DNA of 32,000 bases from Mycobacterium leprae TN (GTDB taxonomy: Bacteria; Actinomycetota; Actinomycetes; Mycobacteriales; Mycobacteriaceae). The position numbers and the translations under genes are program-made. The notes under the pieces are model-generated. The model saw only the letters and a program-made list of their open reading frames with translations, did no database searches and was not told where the DNA came from. The stretch lies in assembly GCF_000195855.1 (NCBI RefSeq), contig NC_002677.1, positions 3,150,001 through 3,182,000 of the forward strand. Reading direction: 5' to 3'. Positions 30,240 to 32,000 of the stretch are shown here, in pieces (position 1 is the first letter of the stretch; the number at the start of each line of letters is the position of its first letter).

Positions 30240-32000
30240 CATTGACGTTAATCAACACTAATTGTTTTGCTTTGCGACAAGTTATGGCTTTCTCATCATA
30301 CACGGACAACTGGAACCAGTAGAACCCGTGCCTCAGCCAGAGTCAATAGATAGGGTTAGGTGGCCGGAACACGGAAACTCCACCTACCCGGTAAGCTGGA
30401 CCGGCGTGTAGCCGTTCCAATACGGCAGATTGAGTTCGATGAGTTGTGAGAACAGCGGCAAGCGATGAGTTGTGAGAACAGCGGCAAGTTGTTGACGCTC
30501 AGCACAGTGTCGCCATCACCAGCTGTTTTGCCTACAAAAGACGATACTGGCGAATGCGAACCGTGTAACTCCTGGAAAGCTTCAATGGCAACGTCATCAT
30601 GCTGTCGACGAACTGTCAGCATTATACTATGAATACTGGGGTGAAGTTGAGCACCGAGGCAGAACTTATAGCGTTACTTCTCCAACACTGACAACGTGGT
30701 AGCGGTAGACCGAATCTTGGCTGGATAGGCAGATAAAGCCGCTCCGGGTTAGCCTTAGATAATCGGGCATTGCGGACCAATGTCTTTCCTATAATTGAGT
30801 GGCATGCACTCCGTCGTGATCTCCCCAACCATCTCACGTCACTCTAGTACAGGACCGGCTAGCCGGGCAACAACAGTAGAGCGAGTAGAGCGGTGAACAG
30901 CTCGATTTGGTTACGGTCGCTATCCAGCAGTGGTGCCAGGCTGCGCCAGCTTCCGACATTCGCCTTCATCCGTGGCTCCTTGGCGTATTCGGCATACATG
31001 TAGTCGCGTTCTTCATCGGTGACCATTTCCAGTGGCAACTCGTCGTAGTTGCGCAGGAAAATCTCCCACTGAGCCATCTTTGGAACTGCCGGCGTCTGCG
31101 CCAGGATCTTCGAGATCGGGAACCACGACTACCCCAGCCGCGGCGACATGAAGATACGCGGCATCAGCTGGCAGTAAAACGCCATATGGCCATACGGCAT
31201 TAGTCACCACCGGCGGCGGGCATCACCGAACTACAAGACCAAATCGGACGGCCACTGATTAGCTTCTTAGCTTCGTCCAGCAGTACCTGTCCCAGGAATT
31301 TGTCGTCGTCGACCACTTTGCTACCGCGCTTAAGGAAAGCATGCTTCTCGGAAAAATTCTCGCAATTGGCACAAATCGAGCTCGAAGAGGTAGGGCACCA
31401 CTTCCAGCTGAACCCCGTCGATGAACATGACAAGTCAAAAGAGGAGAAAATCGATCCTCGCTTCTTGCACGTTCACATTGTCGTAGTTCAGATCCGGTTG
31501 GTGATAAAAGAAAGATATGCCAATAGCACTTGGTAGCGGACCGGGTCGAACGTCCAGTTAGACTCTTCGCTGTCGACAAAGATGATTCGAGCTTAGACGT
31601 ATTCGCAGAATGCGGGCAGCACCTTATATGAAATACCGTATATCGTAGCAGACATCATGCAGCGGGGAGTCATAGAACAGCAGAAGCCAGATGTAGTCGA
31701 TGCCGAGCTATTGCCGGTAATGCAAGCGGTCTATTGAGTCCCCGCAGATCGACCAGCACCGGCGGAACTAACGTAGTAGAACGCCCGGACCAATCCCTCG
31801 TAAAAGACAACTTGCTCGAATCAAGTCGAGTCTACAGTCGGTACAACAGCGTTACCGAAATCCTCGGCACTCGGATGCTCGACTACACCCCCTTCGACGT
31901 GACTGTCGCCGCAGGATGCTGCTCACCAGCCTCAACGAGATGGACTTCGTTGATCAATGAACCCACAATGCCACAGATACCCGAGGCAAGACACCCTGGG
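30240..32000 (-). pseudogene. treS: Trehalose synthase TreS pseudogene (runs off the window)
   Basis: Strong matches occur across many broken frames: 'STGFSWKWCPTSSS' (VDGFRLDAVPYLFE), 'NCENFSEKHAFLKRGSKVVDDDKFLGQVLLDEA', '[42 protein letters not shown]', '[19 protein letters not shown]', 'ANPERLYLPIQ', 'MLTVRRQHDDVAIEAFQELHGSHSPV', 'GDGDTVLSVNNLPLFSQLI' and 'HGFYWFQL'. Multiple frameshifts and stops are present. Confidence 0.9.
30437..30488. repeat. Perfect tandem duplication, 26-nt unit CGATGAGTTGTGAGAACAGCGGCAAG x2, inside treS
   Basis: Read directly: 30437-30462 and 30463-30488 are identical and contiguous. Confidence 0.95.

Overview
This window looks like a mycobacterial chromosome segment in advanced reductive evolution. 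It best fits Mycobacterium leprae or its sister M. lepromatosis. The assignment rests on by-eye similarity to remembered mycobacterial proteins; no search was possible.

Nine ORFs look intact:
- pntB-pntAb-pntAa, the proton-translocating transhydrogenase operon (1464-4313, minus strand, translationally coupled)
- an aldehyde dehydrogenase (7362-8819, minus)
- an ML2640c/Rv0146-type SAM-dependent methyltransferase (9055-9996, minus)
- msrA (16865-17398, plus)
- a Tat-signal CE4 polysaccharide deacetylase (19324-20169, minus)
- a YfcE/MJ0936-type metallophosphoesterase (26727-27224, plus)
- antigen 85C, fbpC (27813-28814, plus)

The rest is gene wreckage. I could read remnants of three TetR regulators, two acyl-CoA dehydrogenases, a quinone oxidoreductase, an SDR, two methyltransferase paralogues, a pirin and a ClC channel. 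I also read a P450, an epoxide-hydrolase-like alpha/beta hydrolase, a membrane esterase, a GNAT, an Fgd2-type F420 enzyme, HtdZ, maltokinase and TreS. Each is broken by frameshifts, in-frame stops, deletions or start-codon loss.

Gene order runs collinear, in reverse, with what I remember of the M. tuberculosis Rv0158 -> Rv0126 interval. It carries a few extra genes and several deletions.

I found no tRNA or rRNA, no CRISPR array, no transposase or integrase, and no intact multi-gene cassette that could be a new defence, biosynthetic or secretion system. The interesting signals are smaller:
- which genes survive
- specific inactivating lesions that can be read directly
- five perfect two-copy tandem duplications, one of which demonstrably frameshifts treS
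- a perfect 16+4+16 nt palindrome between two dead divergent genes
- possible pathway consequences (TreS-Mak route, ketomycolate oxidation)

Pseudogene boundaries are approximate (about +/-50-150 nt).
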